From positions 1 through 64,000 of the forward strand of contig JAGIQG010000104.1 in assembly GCA_024679065.1 (NCBI GenBank): 64,000 bases of DNA, read 5' to 3'. Below the pieces are notes generated by a model that saw only the letters and a list, made by a program, of their open reading frames with translations, searched no databases and was not told where the DNA came from. Position 1 is the first letter of the stretch. Each line of letters begins with the position of its first letter. Source of the DNA: Sphyrna mokarran. Lineage: Eukaryota. Positions 1-13,112 of this stretch are shown here, one piece after another. Made by a program: the position numbers and the translations under genes.

Positions 1-129
1 CTAATAACATGTGTGCTGAGTCGAAATAGGTTTGTCTTCTTTCCTGCTCATTTTTGTCGTGAATTTTCAGCACTTTTGTCTTTTTCTGAATGTATTTTCA
101 GGCCCAAGTAAGAGCCAATGTTATATGAT

Positions 130-1505
130 TGTGATCAGCAAGTTTGCAGACGATACAAAGATGGCTGGACTTGCGGATAGTGAGGGGCACTGTCAGGCGA
201 TGCAGCAGGACATAGATAGGCTGATAGCTTGGGCAGACAGATGGCAGATGGAATTTAATCCTGATAAATGCAAGGTGATGCATTTCGGGAGAAAGAATGT
301 GTGGGGGGGAGGTATATGATAAAGGGTAGACCTATTAAGAGTACAGAAACGCAGAGGGACCTGGGGGTGCAGGTGAACAAGTCTCTGAAGGTGGCAGAGT
401 AAGTGGAGAAGGTTGTGAAGAAAGCATATAGTATGCTAGCCTTTATAGGAAGGGGTATAGAGTACAAGAGCTGGCCTTTAATGTTGCAGTTGTATAAAAC
501 GTTGGTTAGACCTCATTTGGAATACTGCGTCCAGTTCTGGTCGCCTTACTACCGGAAGGACGTGGAGACTCTGGAGAGAGTGCAGAGGAGGTTTACCAGG
601 ATGCTGCCTGGTATGGAAGGTCTGAGTTACGAGGAGAGGTTAGGCAAAATGGGACTGTTTTCCTTAGAAAGACGTAGACTTAGAGGAGATCTAATAGAGG
701 TGTACAAGATTATGAGGGGTATACGTAGAGTAAACAGGGTTAAGCTTTTTCCCAGGATGGATACGAATAGCACGAGGGATCACGGGCTTAGGGTGAGGGG
801 GGTAAGGTATAGTATGAATGCTAGAGGGAGTTTTTTCACACAGAGGGTAGTGGGGATATGGAATGTGCTGCCAAGTAAGGTGGTGGAGGCAGGTAGTCTG
901 GAGTTTAATTTAAGAAACTCTTAGATGGGCACATGAACAGAATGGGAATGGAGGGGTATAGAAAACTGATTTAAAATAGGGATCATGAGTCTTGGGAGTC
1001 CCTGGGAAGTGTGTAAATAGATGATGACATTGATATATTTGTTTTTATCCGACAGGAGCTTTGGTCCACCTTGTTGTCTCACGAGGGGCATACACGGAAT
1101 GGATCGTGAGAGGGCTGCTCTTGGATTTCTTTCGATAGTAACCCACTGCTTCACGTCGTGAGTGTACGTTTGACCTGGGCCATTTGATGGGCAACACGAC
1201 AGCTCAGTGACTATCGCTGTGCTGTGCAGATACATGGATTGGGGCCTGTGTCTGTGGGAGTTTGTGCATTCTCCCCGTGCTTGCGTGGGGTTTCTCCGGG
1301 TGCTCCGGTTTCCTCCCACATCCCAAAGATGTGCTTTTAGGCTAATTGGCAAAACAGATTCTCCCTAAATTGTCTCAAATTTGATTTTTTAATCCATAAA
1401 TCTATAAGCATAGACAGGGATCACGGGTAGAGGTGGGAACATCGGGGTGGAGGCACGGGCTCGTTGAGCCCAAGGACCTGTTTCCCGTGCTGTTTTGTTC
1501 TTTGT
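130..1505 (+). mobile_element. CR1-clade LINE, 5'-truncated (RT C-terminus plus long 3' UTR containing an HE1/V-SINE-like core)
   Basis: ORFs 32..319 and 403..924 give SKFADDTK, WQMEFNPDKCKVMHFG, LYKTLVRPHLEYCVQFWSP, LERRRLRGDLIE; element ends in a (TGTTCTT)-type tail at ~1490-1505. Confidence 0.9.
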
Positions 1506-1811
1506 AAGATACTATATTCTGGTAATATTCAATAGTGGATTCACTGGCGGGAGGGGTACGGTTTCGAGTCATGTTGTTGACGCTGGATTGATAACGCAGA
1601 GAAGCAGGCTGAAGCTTTGAGAACCAGGGTTCGAATTCCAACACAGCAGGTTAACACAATTCAAGGCAAAGTAGAATGACTGTGAGTGAGAATAGAAAAT
1701 TTCAATTATGCAACATTTCCTCATTAGATCGAATATATTTTGACCATGTTTCTGCCAATTTTGAAGCGTCCGACCAATATGTAAATATTGCTGCAGTTTT
1801 TTTTTTACTGT

Positions 1812-1884
1812 GGGCCAGTGGCGCAATGGATAACGCGTCTGACTACGGATCAGAAGATTTTAGTTTCGACTCCTGGTTGGCTCG
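1812..1884 (+). tRNA. tRNA-Arg(ACG), T-arm substitutions, probable pseudogene
   Basis: GGGCCAGTGGCGCAATGGATAACGCGTCTGACTACGGATCAGAAGATT matches vertebrate Arg-ACG; the T-arm reads TTAGTTTCGA instead of CCAGGTTCGA. Confidence 0.85.
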
Positions 1885-2542
1885 TTGTGTAATTTTCACA
1901 TTAGTTCATAAACTCCATATTATTGTTGATGAAAAGTATATTTCCCCTAATTTTCAACCAATTCAAAGAAATGTTGACCAAATGCAGTCAGCTTCTATGA
2001 AGATATTTATCTTAGCTACTTATTTTTCAAAAGCACTGTTGACTAAAAAGACTGAAATACTTTAAGTCCTTTTGAAAAAAAAAAAGATTTTTTAAAATGA
2101 CAAATTCTCGTTAAAGTATTTGGGAAAAATACTTCAGCAAGTTTAAGTTACCTTCTAAAAAGTTGGAAATTTCTCGAAAAGAAATGGAAACTACATTTTT
2201 TTCAGAATGGTGAAAACTGTTTCTAAAAAAAAAGTTGACGAAATCTGTTGAAGAATTTCTTTTAAATATGTTTAATTTTAAGAAGCGAAATACACAGAAT
2301 TGTTTTTTAAAAGTTTCAGTTAAAACAAATGGAGGAATTTTTTGGAGTAAATTTTATTTAAAGAAGTTCAAATTAGCCAGAAGTTTCTGGTCTGCGATGC
2401 TGGGATTCTTGTCCATTGGAGCGAAGGAAATTGAAGAGTGATTTAGTCGAGATGGACGAGATTAGGGCAAGTTTAGAAGAGGGGCGGCAATTTATAAGAT
2501 TTGGTACAAGGCGGGGGCATCACACATGCACACGCACCTACA

Positions 2543-2591
<49 letters not shown>

Positions 2592-2845
2592 TCAATAATT
2601 GCCAGGCTCCAGTCGAATTGTTATTGTGTGATACCAACCGCTTCTTTTCTTTTGCAACAGAGGAGTTAAAGAGCAGCGAATGCACGAAAAACACTGACGT
2701 TGCACGCATCAGGCACCAGAGGATTATCATACTGTGCATTCTCATACCAATTGAACTGGCTGACAAATTATGCTCTCCTTTGGTGCTTTGTAATAAATTT
2801 AAACGAAACGCTCTTCAGCAAATCAACCATCTACATATGAAAACG

Positions 2846-2917
2846 AGGTCCCGCTGAGATTTGAACTCGGATCACTGGATTCAAAGTCCAGAGTGCTCAC
2901 CATTACACCACAGAACC
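2846..2917 (-). tRNA. tRNA-Gln(TTG), several stem mismatches
   Basis: Reverse complement GGTTCTGTGGTGTAATGGTGAGCACTCTGGACTTTGAATCCAGTGATCCGAGTTCAAATCTCAGCGGGACCT. Confidence 0.85.
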
Positions 2918-3359
2918 CAATACGCAGTAATAACCTGAAAATCGTGATTCGATATTTCTGCTACCATAAATAAGAAGAGAGAAATGTGAGTCCCGTTAAA
3001 CAATCCCGTCAATGACCAACACCAATTCACACTTACATTGCCCTTGCTGGTTTATTTTGTAAAAAATGAGTAAGTTGCCTTCAACTGCATTGAATTTCAC
3101 TGTAGCTGCCCACATTCAAATAGCAATGATAACATCGAAGTGATCTGGACCTTACTGTGGTAAATCTACTGGCCAACATCAGCTTATCACAGCTCTGCTT
3201 TCATCACACTGTCCCTTACATTTATTTTCTCCTAAATTTGCATATTTTGATCTCTTAATACGCAGCCAGCAGCGCCGTTCTTAGCCATAATCATCACCAT
3301 TTGTTTTTTATTATTGATGTGACATATTTGTCGCCACTCCTTTATTCACTGTTCTGACC

Positions 3360-3735
3360 AATGAAACAAGTATACCGAATGTCTTCTTCACCACTGTAGC
3401 CACCTGTGACTCCACTTTCAAGGAGCTATGAACCTGTACTCTCCCAGATTTCTTGGTTCTTTAACTGTCCTCAATACCTCAGCATTAACTAATTGCTGTC
3501 CTGGTTCAGTCTATCAAATGCATCACCTCGCATTTATCCAAATTAAACTCCATCTGCCATTCATTAATCCACTGGCCCAATTGATCAAGATCCCTTTACA
3601 ATCCGAGATAACCTTTTTCCCCACTATCCACGATGCCATCAATCTTGGTGTCATTTGCAAACTTACTAACCATACCTCCTAAATTCTCAACCAAATCATT
3701 GATATAAATGACAAATCACAATGGATCCACCCATG
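3360..3735 (-). mobile_element. CR1 LINE RT fragment
   Basis: Reverse complement gives decayed VSKFA(N)DTK ... KCEVMHL motifs. Confidence 0.75.
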
Positions 3736-4904
3736 GTATTAGAAGTCACAAGTTATTTTCTCCAAGATTTTGGGTTCAGACTTTCCCCACTTTTTCACTG
3801 ATGCGATGCTGACAGCTCTACATTTCCAGGTTTAAAATGTTCTTCCAGGTTAGGTGGACTTTTGCATAATGTGTTCCTTTTTTAGTCACAATCCTATTTC
3901 CCAGCAGCATTGAAAGATACTGGTCAATCCTTCCGATTTTTTATCCCAAAATTTCTTCAGTCAGGAACGTTCACACAAATCCTGACTTTTTTTGATACAC
4001 ATTTACTAAAAATATTTTGGATAGAAAATATTAACCTGTTTGTTCAGTGACTGTAATTAATGTCGGAATTAATTCAACAGTAGTAATCGTGTCTCTGGAG
4101 CATTCCCATCCATGCTTCATAAAGGAGTTATGCACGGTGTCATTAGGAGCGTCACAGTGATAAGCAGCTCCACACAGGGGGAGTCGAGGTGTCAAAATTG
4201 GGAGAAAGAAATTGCAAGCTTTCGGCAATGGATCTGAATCCACGAAAAGTAGATCTGGATGTTCCCACAATGGTTCAGCATCTGAGGGGCACAGATCAGA
4301 ATGTTACAACAATTGAGAGGAGTTTATCCACGATACTTTCCATTCTTTCTCAAGATTGGCTGTATACAACTGAGCGTGTTGAATATATACTGAAACTGAT
4401 TCGATACTTTTACTATCCGATCCTGGCTATTGTTGGTGTTCCTGGTAAGTATCTCCACTGATCATTAATGGTGTAGACTGTATTTAACACTGCCACTCTT
4501 GCCGTCTGCTCTACCCTGTTTGCGACTGTTGCTTATAGACTGCGTCCTTATTGAGTTATCACATGTACAAAGCGCTGATCACTGTGTTAATGATGCCTGT
4601 GTTGTGCAGTTGAGTTTGTAAAGATGTAAAAGATGTTTCGAAAGATGAAAAGGAATTGTGAAAACCGATAGGAAGGGGAAAAGTATGCGATCTCTTTAAA
4701 ATTTTGTTTTTGTTTGACACTAAGATGTTTAAATTGCAGAGTACACAGAAACTTTAAGTTGCAACATTTATTCCAGGGGCTAAAAACATAGGGGTTGCCT
4801 TGGTAACCGACATGGCAGGTTTTGCATTGTGGTCAGCAAAGTACGAAGTCTCACAACACCAGCTTACATTCCAACAGATTTATTTGGCACCTTTGGCTTT
4901 TGGA

Positions 4905-5665
4905 ATGTTGTTCTTTCTTCAGGCGAGTGAGGAGTTGTGTTCAAAAATAGGACATATAAAGACACAAACTCAATTAACAAAATAATGGTTCGAATGTGAG
5001 TCTTTACAGGTAAGCAAGTCTGAAAGATACAGACAATGTGAGTGGAGAGAGAGTTAAGCACACGTTAAAGAGGTGTGTATTGCCTCCAGCCAGGGCAGTG
5101 AGTCAAATTTTTGCAAGTCCAGGCAAGTCGTGGGAATTACAGATAATGTAACTTAAACCCAAGATCAGGGTTGAGGCTGTCTTCATGTGTGCGGAACTTG
5201 ACAATCAGTCTCTTTTCAATGATTCTGCACTGCCGTGTGTCATGAAGGCCTCCTTAGAGAATGGTCACCTGAAGATCTGAGGCTGAATGCCGGTGACTGC
5301 TGAAGTATTCCCCAACTGGAAGAGAACGCTCCTGGTGATCGACAAACCTGGGTTTGCAAATCTCACTAACTGTCCTGACTGGAGACAATACAATACTCTT
5401 TAACCTGCACTTGGTGCTCTCTCCAGTCACATTGTCTGTATCTTTAAGACTTGATTACCTATAAAGACTCACATTCCAACTATTATTTTGTAAATTGAGT
5501 TTGTGTCTTTATATGCCTTGTTTGTGAAGAGAGCTTCCACTCACTTGATGAAGGGGCAGCGCTCAAAAAGCTTGTGCTGCCAAATAAACCTGTTGGACTT
5601 TAACCTGATGTTGTGAGGTTTCTTACTGTGATTACCCTACTCCAATGCCGGCATCTCCACATCAT
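4905..5665. mobile_element. Penelope-like element remnant with inverted terminal segments
   Basis: 4950-5065 is the reverse complement of ~5410-5525; the same family is at 39310-40190, where a GIY-YIG-like C-terminal peptide is visible. Confidence 0.65.
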
Positions 5666-6544
5666 GGTTTTGCATTGTGCCAGCCCACGAATTTAAATAA
5701 AACACACAGCTAAAAGCGACCTATTTGAAGTTATTGTTGCCAACCTCAAGCTAAACTGAGTCCAGGGTTGTTGATGGGTGATAGCATCGGTGGACTGTTG
5801 CGGAGATAGGTGAACTGTAGTGGTTCTTGGCAATCTGGGAGGCTGGAACTGATTCGTGTCATAACTAATCTTTTGCTGCATCACAAAATATTGGACAAAT
5901 GTGTCAGTGAACAATATTCATTAAGGCAGGCTCCTTGGTTTGTCTTTGGTAGCGGCCTTGGTTTGAGTTTTTCTTACTTGGTGCATCGGTCAGCAACTTT
6001 CCTACTGAGAGAAGACTCACTGAGCTTCACTGATCCAGTAAGTCATAGTGGACCAGCTGCAAATACAATGGGCACAATGGATTTTGCTATACACTGACCC
6101 CTGAAGCTTTGAAAGCAAACCCTGGTAGTTGTGTTCTGTGTCATTCGAGTGTGAGATTACTGTTTCTTCCTGTGTTGTGCGAATGGCGGCCATAATTCTG
6201 TAGTCTCCTCTCCAGGGTACAGGCTTTTGTAAGTATAATAGAGATTCTGAGCTGTCGAGGCATTAGGATTTCTCTCTCTCTCTGCCAACTGCTGTTAGTT
6301 TCCAGAGGAATGGGAGAAATCAGCACTGTTTGGTATGAGTTCTGCTGCAGGGATTGTCAATAAGCTGTCTGAAAAGTGACAGATTGCTACCTACAGGACT
6401 CCACTCTGATTTTTTTTTTTGTCAGGGTTACCGCCAAAATCTTCTCACTCTCCAAATCCCCTACAAAGTAGAGAGACTATTTACCTGCAGCTGAGTGAGG
6501 GTCAATGTTGAGGACCCCTGGAAAACTCTTTCCAAAGTACCATG

Positions 6545-6712
6545 GAGCAGCACGGTGGTACAGTGGTTAGCGCTACTGACTCACAGCATCAGGGACCTGG
6601 CTTCAATCCTAGGCTTGGGTCACTGTCTGTGGCGAGTTTGGACATTCTTCCCGTGTTTGGGTGGGTTTCCTCCAAATGTTACACTTTCCTCTCACATTCC
6701 AAAAGATGCACC
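6545..6712 (+). mobile_element. HE1/V-SINE fragment
   Basis: tRNA-like head GGCAGCACGGTGGTACAGTGGTTAGC and core CTGTCTGTGGCGAGTTTGGACATTCTTCCCGTG. Confidence 0.75.
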
Positions 6713-6729
6713 GGATGATTAAAAACAAG

Positions 6730-7685
6730 GGGCCTGTTCTGGGAATTTTGCTGTTTGTAATTTTCATAAATGACCTGGACAAGGAATTGGAGGGATGGAT
6801 GAGTAAGTTTGCCGATGACACGAAGGTTAATGGTGCTGTGGATAGTCTGTAGGGATGTCAGAGGTTGCAGCGTGACACAGATAGAATGCATGATTGGGCA
6901 GAGAACTGGGAGGTGGACTTTAACCCGAACAAATGTGTAGAAGTCCATTTTGGCAGATCCAATGGGACATAATATCAAGGGTAAGCCTCTTAGCAACGTC
7001 GAGGATCAGAAAGACCTTGGGGTCCGGGTCCAGAGGACTCTTAAATCAGCTTCACAGATGGAGGGTGTTGTCAAGAAGGCGTATGGTGGTACTGGCCTTC
7101 ATCAATCAAGGAATTGAGTTCGGAAGTCGGGAGATAGTGCTGCAGCTTTATAAGACCCTAGTCACATCTCACTTGGCCGTAAGCAGTTCTGGTCGCCTCA
7201 TTACAGGAAAGATGTGGAAGCTATTGAAAGGGTGCAGAGAAGATTTACAAGGATGTTGCCAGGATTGGGTGGCATGCCTAATGAGGATAGGTTGAGGGGG
7301 CTCGGTCTTTTCTGCCTGGAGAGACGAAGGATCAGAGGTGACCTGATAGAGTTTTATAAAATGTTGAGGGGTATAGATAGGGAGGATTCACAGAGGCTAT
7401 TCCCCAGGGCTGAAATCGTCGCTGCGAGAAGATACAGGTTTAAGCTGCTGGGGAGTAGGTATACTGGAGATGTCAGGGGTAGGTAAGAGGGCGATGGGTA
7501 AGTGGGATCGGCTGCCATCAGTGGTGGTAGTGGCGACATCTTTGGGGTCTTTCAAGAGACATTTGGATGTGTACATGGGATTTAATGGGATTGAGGTTTA
7601 CCGGTAGACCTAGTAGGTAAGGATATGATCAGTGCAACTGTGGGCCGAAGGATCTGTTTGTGCTGTCGTATGTTCTATGTTCTAT
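6730..7685 (+). mobile_element. CR1 LINE 3' part inside the GPCR intron
   Basis: LFVIFINDLD..MSKFADDTK, ERVQRRFTRMLPG; (ATGTTCT)n tail. Confidence 0.9.
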
Positions 7686-8729
7686 AAAAAGAGATTTAAG
7701 TGATTCAGTTTGTGTACAGATTTTTTTAAAATTTTGTTCCATCTGTAGTTGAAATGGTGACTTATTCCCCCGAATCATATCTAATGTTATTCTTCATTTC
7801 CTTCCTGACAGTGAATGCAATCACAATTGTGACACTGACGAGCAGAAACTGTGGTCTGTCCAAATGTGTCACTCGTTACCTGGTGGCCATGTCAGCGGGG
7901 GATCTGCTGGTCATTATCCTCGACCTGATGTTGAGACACATTCCCATTGTTTATTGGAGGAAGTTTTATTTCCTGCTATCGGTCCGTGTGTGTAACATCC
8001 ACGCCGTCCTGGTTTACGCAGCCACTGACTGTTCTGTCTGGTTCACCGTCACTTTCACCTTTGATCGATTTGTGGCCATTTGCTGCCCCAAGCTGAAAAG
8101 TAAATATTGCACTGAGAAATCAGTGGCTGTGGTTCTGGGAACAGTGATGGTGCTGAGCTTTTTAAAGAACATTTTCTAGTATTTTATGTTATTAAATCGG
8201 TATCAACTAGCGAACAACCCCTGGTTTTGTGGTTTCACATGGGAAACTGCAGAATCTCCTGTCTGGGGAACAATCGAGTTCCTTCACAACATTATAACCC
8301 CGTGTGTTCCATTTGTCCTGATTCTGCTGCTCAATGCTCTCACTGTCAGGCATATTTTAGTGAGGAGCAGAGCCCGCAGGAGACTCCGGGCTCACAAAAA
8401 TGGGGAGAATCTCAGAGACCCAGAGATGGAGAGTCGAAGGAAATCCATCATTTTACTGTTTGTTATCTCAGCCAATTTCATCGTCTTATGGTCGACATTA
8501 ATGATTTATTCAATATGGATTCGGATGTATAATTTGGGCTATCAGTCAATAACGTTGCATCTTTTTGTTATGGAATTGGGCTTCATGCTACAACTCACAA
8601 GTTGTTGCACAAATACTGCCATTTATGCTGTGACACAGACTCACTTCAGACAGCAGCTAAAAGATGTACTGAAATACCCCCTTACTGCACTTCTTCAACT
8701 CAATACACCCTGACAGGAAACTACAACCA

Positions 8730-9035
8730 CAAGACAGCTCAGTGACTATCACTGTGCTGTGCATATACATGGATTTGGGCCTGTGTCTGTGGAAGTTTGC
8801 ACATTCTCTGCGTGTTGCATGGGTTTTCACTAGGGGCTCCAGTTTCCTCCCAAACCTCAAAGATGTGCTCTTAGGCTGATTGGCAAAACAATTTCTCCCT
8901 AAATTGTCTTGCAAATTTGGTTCTAATACATAGATCTATAAATATAAACAGAGTAGAAGTGGGAACATTGAGGCGGCAGCGCGGGTTTGTTGGGCTGAAG
9001 GGCCTGTTTCCCGTGCTATTTTGTTCTTTGTTCTT
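8730..9035 (+). mobile_element. SINE-like copy of the CR1 3' UTR/V-SINE core
   Basis: Near-identical to 1198-1505; ends in a TTGTTCTTTG tail. Confidence 0.75.
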
Positions 9036-9084
9036 TGACCCCTGACTATTTATGTTGGGCATTCATACTGTAAACAACAAAACA

Positions 9085-11340
9085 CTTTCACAGAAACAGA
9101 TATACTTACAGATAGGGAGCGAGAGAGGAGAGTGTTAGAAACAATGTGAGTGACTGAGAGAGTGAGAGAGATTGGCAGAGAGAGGGAAAGGCACAAAGAC
9201 AAGGAGAACTTGAATTTCAAAGAACTTCTAACAGATACAGAGAAAGAAACAGACAGAGAGAAAGAACAGATACAGAGAGAGGATCTCACAAAGCGAGAGA
9301 GACAGGGATAAAGAGTGGAGAAAATGGTGAGGGTGATACACAGGGAACAAGAAAGGGAGACAGAAGAAGACAGACTGGAGGTTGTTATAAGAGACGGAAA
9401 GGGAGGTGGAAGGAAAACAGGAGACAAAAAGTGAGACAAAGGGAAATAGCCAGACACAGATAGAAACAGAGATATCGAGACAGAATGAGGGAGAGAATGG
9501 GGAAGAGTGTGACTGGTATAATGGAAACAAAAAGAAAAAAAACAGAGAGAGAGACAAAGAGAAAGGGAGAGGGGCGAGACACAGAAACACAGAAAAGATG
9601 CAATACAATTCAACTCAATACACCCTGACAGGAAACAACAAATACAAAACTCCTGACTCTTTCTGTCGGGTATTCATACTTAAACTACAAAGCACCCTCA
9701 TAGAAACAGAAATAGCTACAGATAGAGAGAAAGAGGGCAGTGTTAGCATCAGTAAGCATGATAGAGAGAGACAAAGACAGAGACTGGCAGAGAGAGAGGG
9801 AAAGGCACAAAGACAAGGACAATAAATAAAAGGGAATAAAAGAACAACACAGCACGGGAAACAGGCCCTTCGGCCCAATGAGCCCGCACCGCCGTCATAA
9901 CTATATAGTAGCAATTCCATTATCCTATTCTAAATTTAGGTTATTCCTAATACGGAAGACTCTCACTATAGGGACAATTTGTTTCCCAATCAGCCTAAGA
10001 GCGAATTTTTGGGTTGTGGGAGGAAACCGGAGTGCCCGGAGAAAACCCACGCAACCACGGGGAGAACGCGCAACCTCCCGCAGACACCGGCCCAATTCCA
10101 AGTGTCTGCACAGCTACAGCGATAGTCACTGAGCTGTCATGGTGCCCTTCAGATGGTCCAGATAAAGCACTCATTTACGACATGAAGCACCAGGCAACCC
10201 ATGAATCAACACGCAAGAGCTGTCCTCGCACCACCTGCCGAATGCATGCTCCTTGATGGTCAAGTATGGACCGAATTACCTGTGGGGAAAAAAAGCCATA
10301 GTTAAACAGTCCTACTATATCCCTCTATCTGCATAACGCTCATGTGGCTGTCCAAGAGACCCTTAAACAGCCCTAGCGTGCCTGCTCCCACCACCTTACT
10401 CGGCAGTGCATTCCACACCCCCCACTACCCTTTGTGTGAAAAACTGCCCTCTAATATTCGTCTTATACATAGTCCCCCTCACCCTATGGCCATGACCCCT
10501 CGTCCTATCCATTTCTGAAGGTGGAAAAAGTTTACCTCCATTTACTCTATCTATACTCCTTATAATCTTATACACCTCTATGAGATCCCCTCTAAGCCGA
10601 CGTCTTTCAAGGGAAAACAACCCCAGTCTATCTAATCGTTCCGCATAAGACAGTCCTTCCATACCAGGCAGCATCCTGGTAAACCTCCTCTGCACTCTCT
10701 CCAAGGACTCCACATCCTTCTGATAGTACGGCGACAACAGCAGAGATTGAAAGAGTTTCTAACTGGTACAGGGAAAGAAACAGACAGACAAAGAGAAAGA
10801 ACAGAGACAGAGAGTGGCTCTCACAGAGTGAGAGATACAGGGATAGAGAGTGGAGAAAATGCCAAGGTTGATATACGGGGAATGAGAAGGAAGACAGATT
10901 GGAGGTATAATAAGAGTGGAAAGAGAGATGAAGGGAAAAGGGGAGACAACAAGTGAGGCAGAGGGAAATAGCCAGAGACAGAGAGAAACAGAGATAAAGA
11001 GACAGAGAGCGGGAACAAAAGGGAAATAGTGAGAATGAATGGAGATAATAGAAACAAAAAAACATAAGACAGAGCGAGAGGGGTGGGGAACGGGGGAGAG
11101 ACAGACGGACAAACTACTAAAAGGGGCAGAGAGTGGGAGAATGAGAATGAGACTGAGAGGAGGCAGGAGAGACAGAGGAACAGAGTAGAGAGAGAGGGAG
11201 AGTGGGGGGAAGGGGGAACAGAAAGATACAGAGAGAAATATCGAAAGAGAGAGAGGCACAGGGAGAAACAAGGGAAGAGTGACAAAGAGAAAGAGAAAGA
11301 CAGACAGACAGAAAGAAACACCGAAAGAGGCACGGAGACA
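9085..11340. repeat. GA-rich low-complexity region, internally duplicated and interrupted by a CR1
   Basis: 9170-9560 resembles 9780-9820 and 10745-11075. Confidence 0.7.
9838..10730 (-). mobile_element. CR1 LINE 3' end with the same V-SINE-containing 3' UTR as 130-1505
   Basis: ORF 10396..10737 (ERVQRRFTRMLPGMEGLSY...); 9838-10270 is the reverse complement of ~1050-1505. Confidence 0.85.
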
Positions 11341-12492
11341 TATTTAATGACTTTATTGATAACCATCAGGTGGAGTTATTGGAATATGAGCTCCCTGATT
11401 GAGATTTTAATGCTGTCCAATCCGGTGGCCCTGCAGACTTTTATAACATAGTGTGTCTTGGTTACGGGAACTCAGGGTGTGTACACTCAGGGTGCAGACT
11501 GGTGGTTTTATCACTAGATCATTAATACAGAAACTCTGTTAATGTTCTGGGTACCCGGGTTCCAATCCCATCTCGGCAGAATTTGAATAAATATATCTGG
11601 AATTCAGAATCCGCTGGTGACCATAAAACAACATTGTCAACTTTCCGAAGAAAAATTCTGGTTCACCAATGCCCCAGGGAAGGAAATCTGTTGTCCTTCC
11701 GTGGTCAGGCCGAACCGTGATTCCAAAACACTTAATTGCCTTCTGAACATGGGCAACTGGGCGGCCGAATTGCGAAGGCAGATGCCTTGAGTTGGTTACA
11801 ATGAACAGACACTTGTATTCCCAATGGAAGAGACGTTAATCATGAACTTTATCAAAAGTGACAGCCAAAAATATTCAGTTGTCGAGGAATAAATTACCCA
11901 GTCCTGTACAATCTGAAGTAGCTAGTGCTGATGGGGGAATCCAAAAGGCTGTTACAGCCTGAATTGCACCGTATTGGAGAAACAGAGAGCAGCTGACTAT
12001 GGAAGATGGCACATGCCTATGGGGTTCAAGAGTGTCATCCTGAGTCAGGTTTACCATCTCATCCTGGCTGAAATTTATTTCGAAAGCTCTGCTTGTGTGT
12101 GTCTGTGTCTGTTTGTTTATCTGAGTGTGTGTATTTAGCTGAGAGGCAGTGTGTGTGTATATGTGTGTCTGGGTTTGTCTCAGCATTAGTGTCTGCTCTG
12201 TGTATCCGTGTTTCTGTGTCCTTGTTTGAGTGTCTTTATAGACGTGTTATCTGAGAGTGTGTACGTGTCTGTGTGTGTGTGTGTGTGTATGTGTGTGTGT
12301 GTGTGTGTGTGTATGTCAGCTTTTGTCTAAGAGAGTTTGCGTTGTTGTCTGTGTGTGCATGGTTGAGTGTGAGTTTTCCTGTGTGCGTGTTTGTTTGAGT
12401 GCGTATATGTGCGTGTGTGAAATTATGTGTGCGTGAGAGAGAGAATGTGTGTGTGTGTGAGTGTGAGTATGCGTCTGTGTGTGTGAGAGAGA

Positions 12493-13112
12493 GAACATAG
12501 AACATAGAACATTACAGCGCAGAACAGGCCCTTCAGCCCTCGATGTTGCGCTGACCAACGATGAAAAAAAAAGCAATGACCCTCCAAACTAAACCATTCC
12601 CTTCTCTTCCATAAACTTATCAACTAACCTCTTAAACGCCACCAAACTTGGCGCATCTACAACTGCCGCAGGGAGGGCATTCCACTCCCTAACCACCCTC
12701 TGGGTAAAGAACCTACCTCTGATATCCGTCCTATAACTATCACCCCTTAATTTAAAGCTGTGTCCCCTCGTGCTAGCTTTCTCAATCCTAGGAAAAAGGC
12801 TATCACTGTCCACCCTATCTAAACCTCTAATCATCTTATATGTTTCGATAAGGTCTCCTCTTAGCCGCCTCCTTTCTAACGAAAACAACCTCAAATCCCT
12901 CAGCCTCTCTCATAAGACCTGCCCTCCATACCAGGCAACATCCTGGTAAACCTCCTCTGTACCCTCTCCAATGCCTCCACATCTTTCTTATAATGTGGGG
13001 ACCAGATCTGCACACAATACTCCAAGTGCGGCCGCACTAGAGTTTTGTACAGTTGCAACATGACGTTGCAGCTCCGAAATTCAATCCCCCTACCAATAAA
13101 ACCTAAGACTCC
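12493..13112 (-). mobile_element. CR1 LINE 3' end (young subfamily)
   Basis: ORFs 12589..12894 and 12900..13205; (AGAACAT)n tail; nearly identical to 50347-50727. Confidence 0.9.

Larger units (their letters stand above)
4228..8713 (+). pseudogene. GPR139/GPR142-like class A GPCR, two exons (4228-4444, 7812-8713), with an in-frame TAG at 8177-8179
   Basis: Exon 1 ends YYPILAIVGVP-G|GTAAGT; exon 2 starts CAG|TG. Motifs GVPVN (TM1), LVAMSAGDLL (TM2), FTFDRFVAIC (TM3), TPCVPF (TM5), SCCTNTAIY (TM7). ORFs 7754..8179 and 8186..8713 are in the same frame, separated by one stop. Confidence 0.85.

Noticed and set aside
2040-2370. A/T homopolymer-rich stretch as a structural element
   Set aside because: Looks like decayed LINE sequence or low-quality base calls; noted as a caution for single-base claims elsewhere
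9050-11451. Several 100-190 aa ORFs
   Set aside because: GA/TC low-complexity sequence with no domain signal
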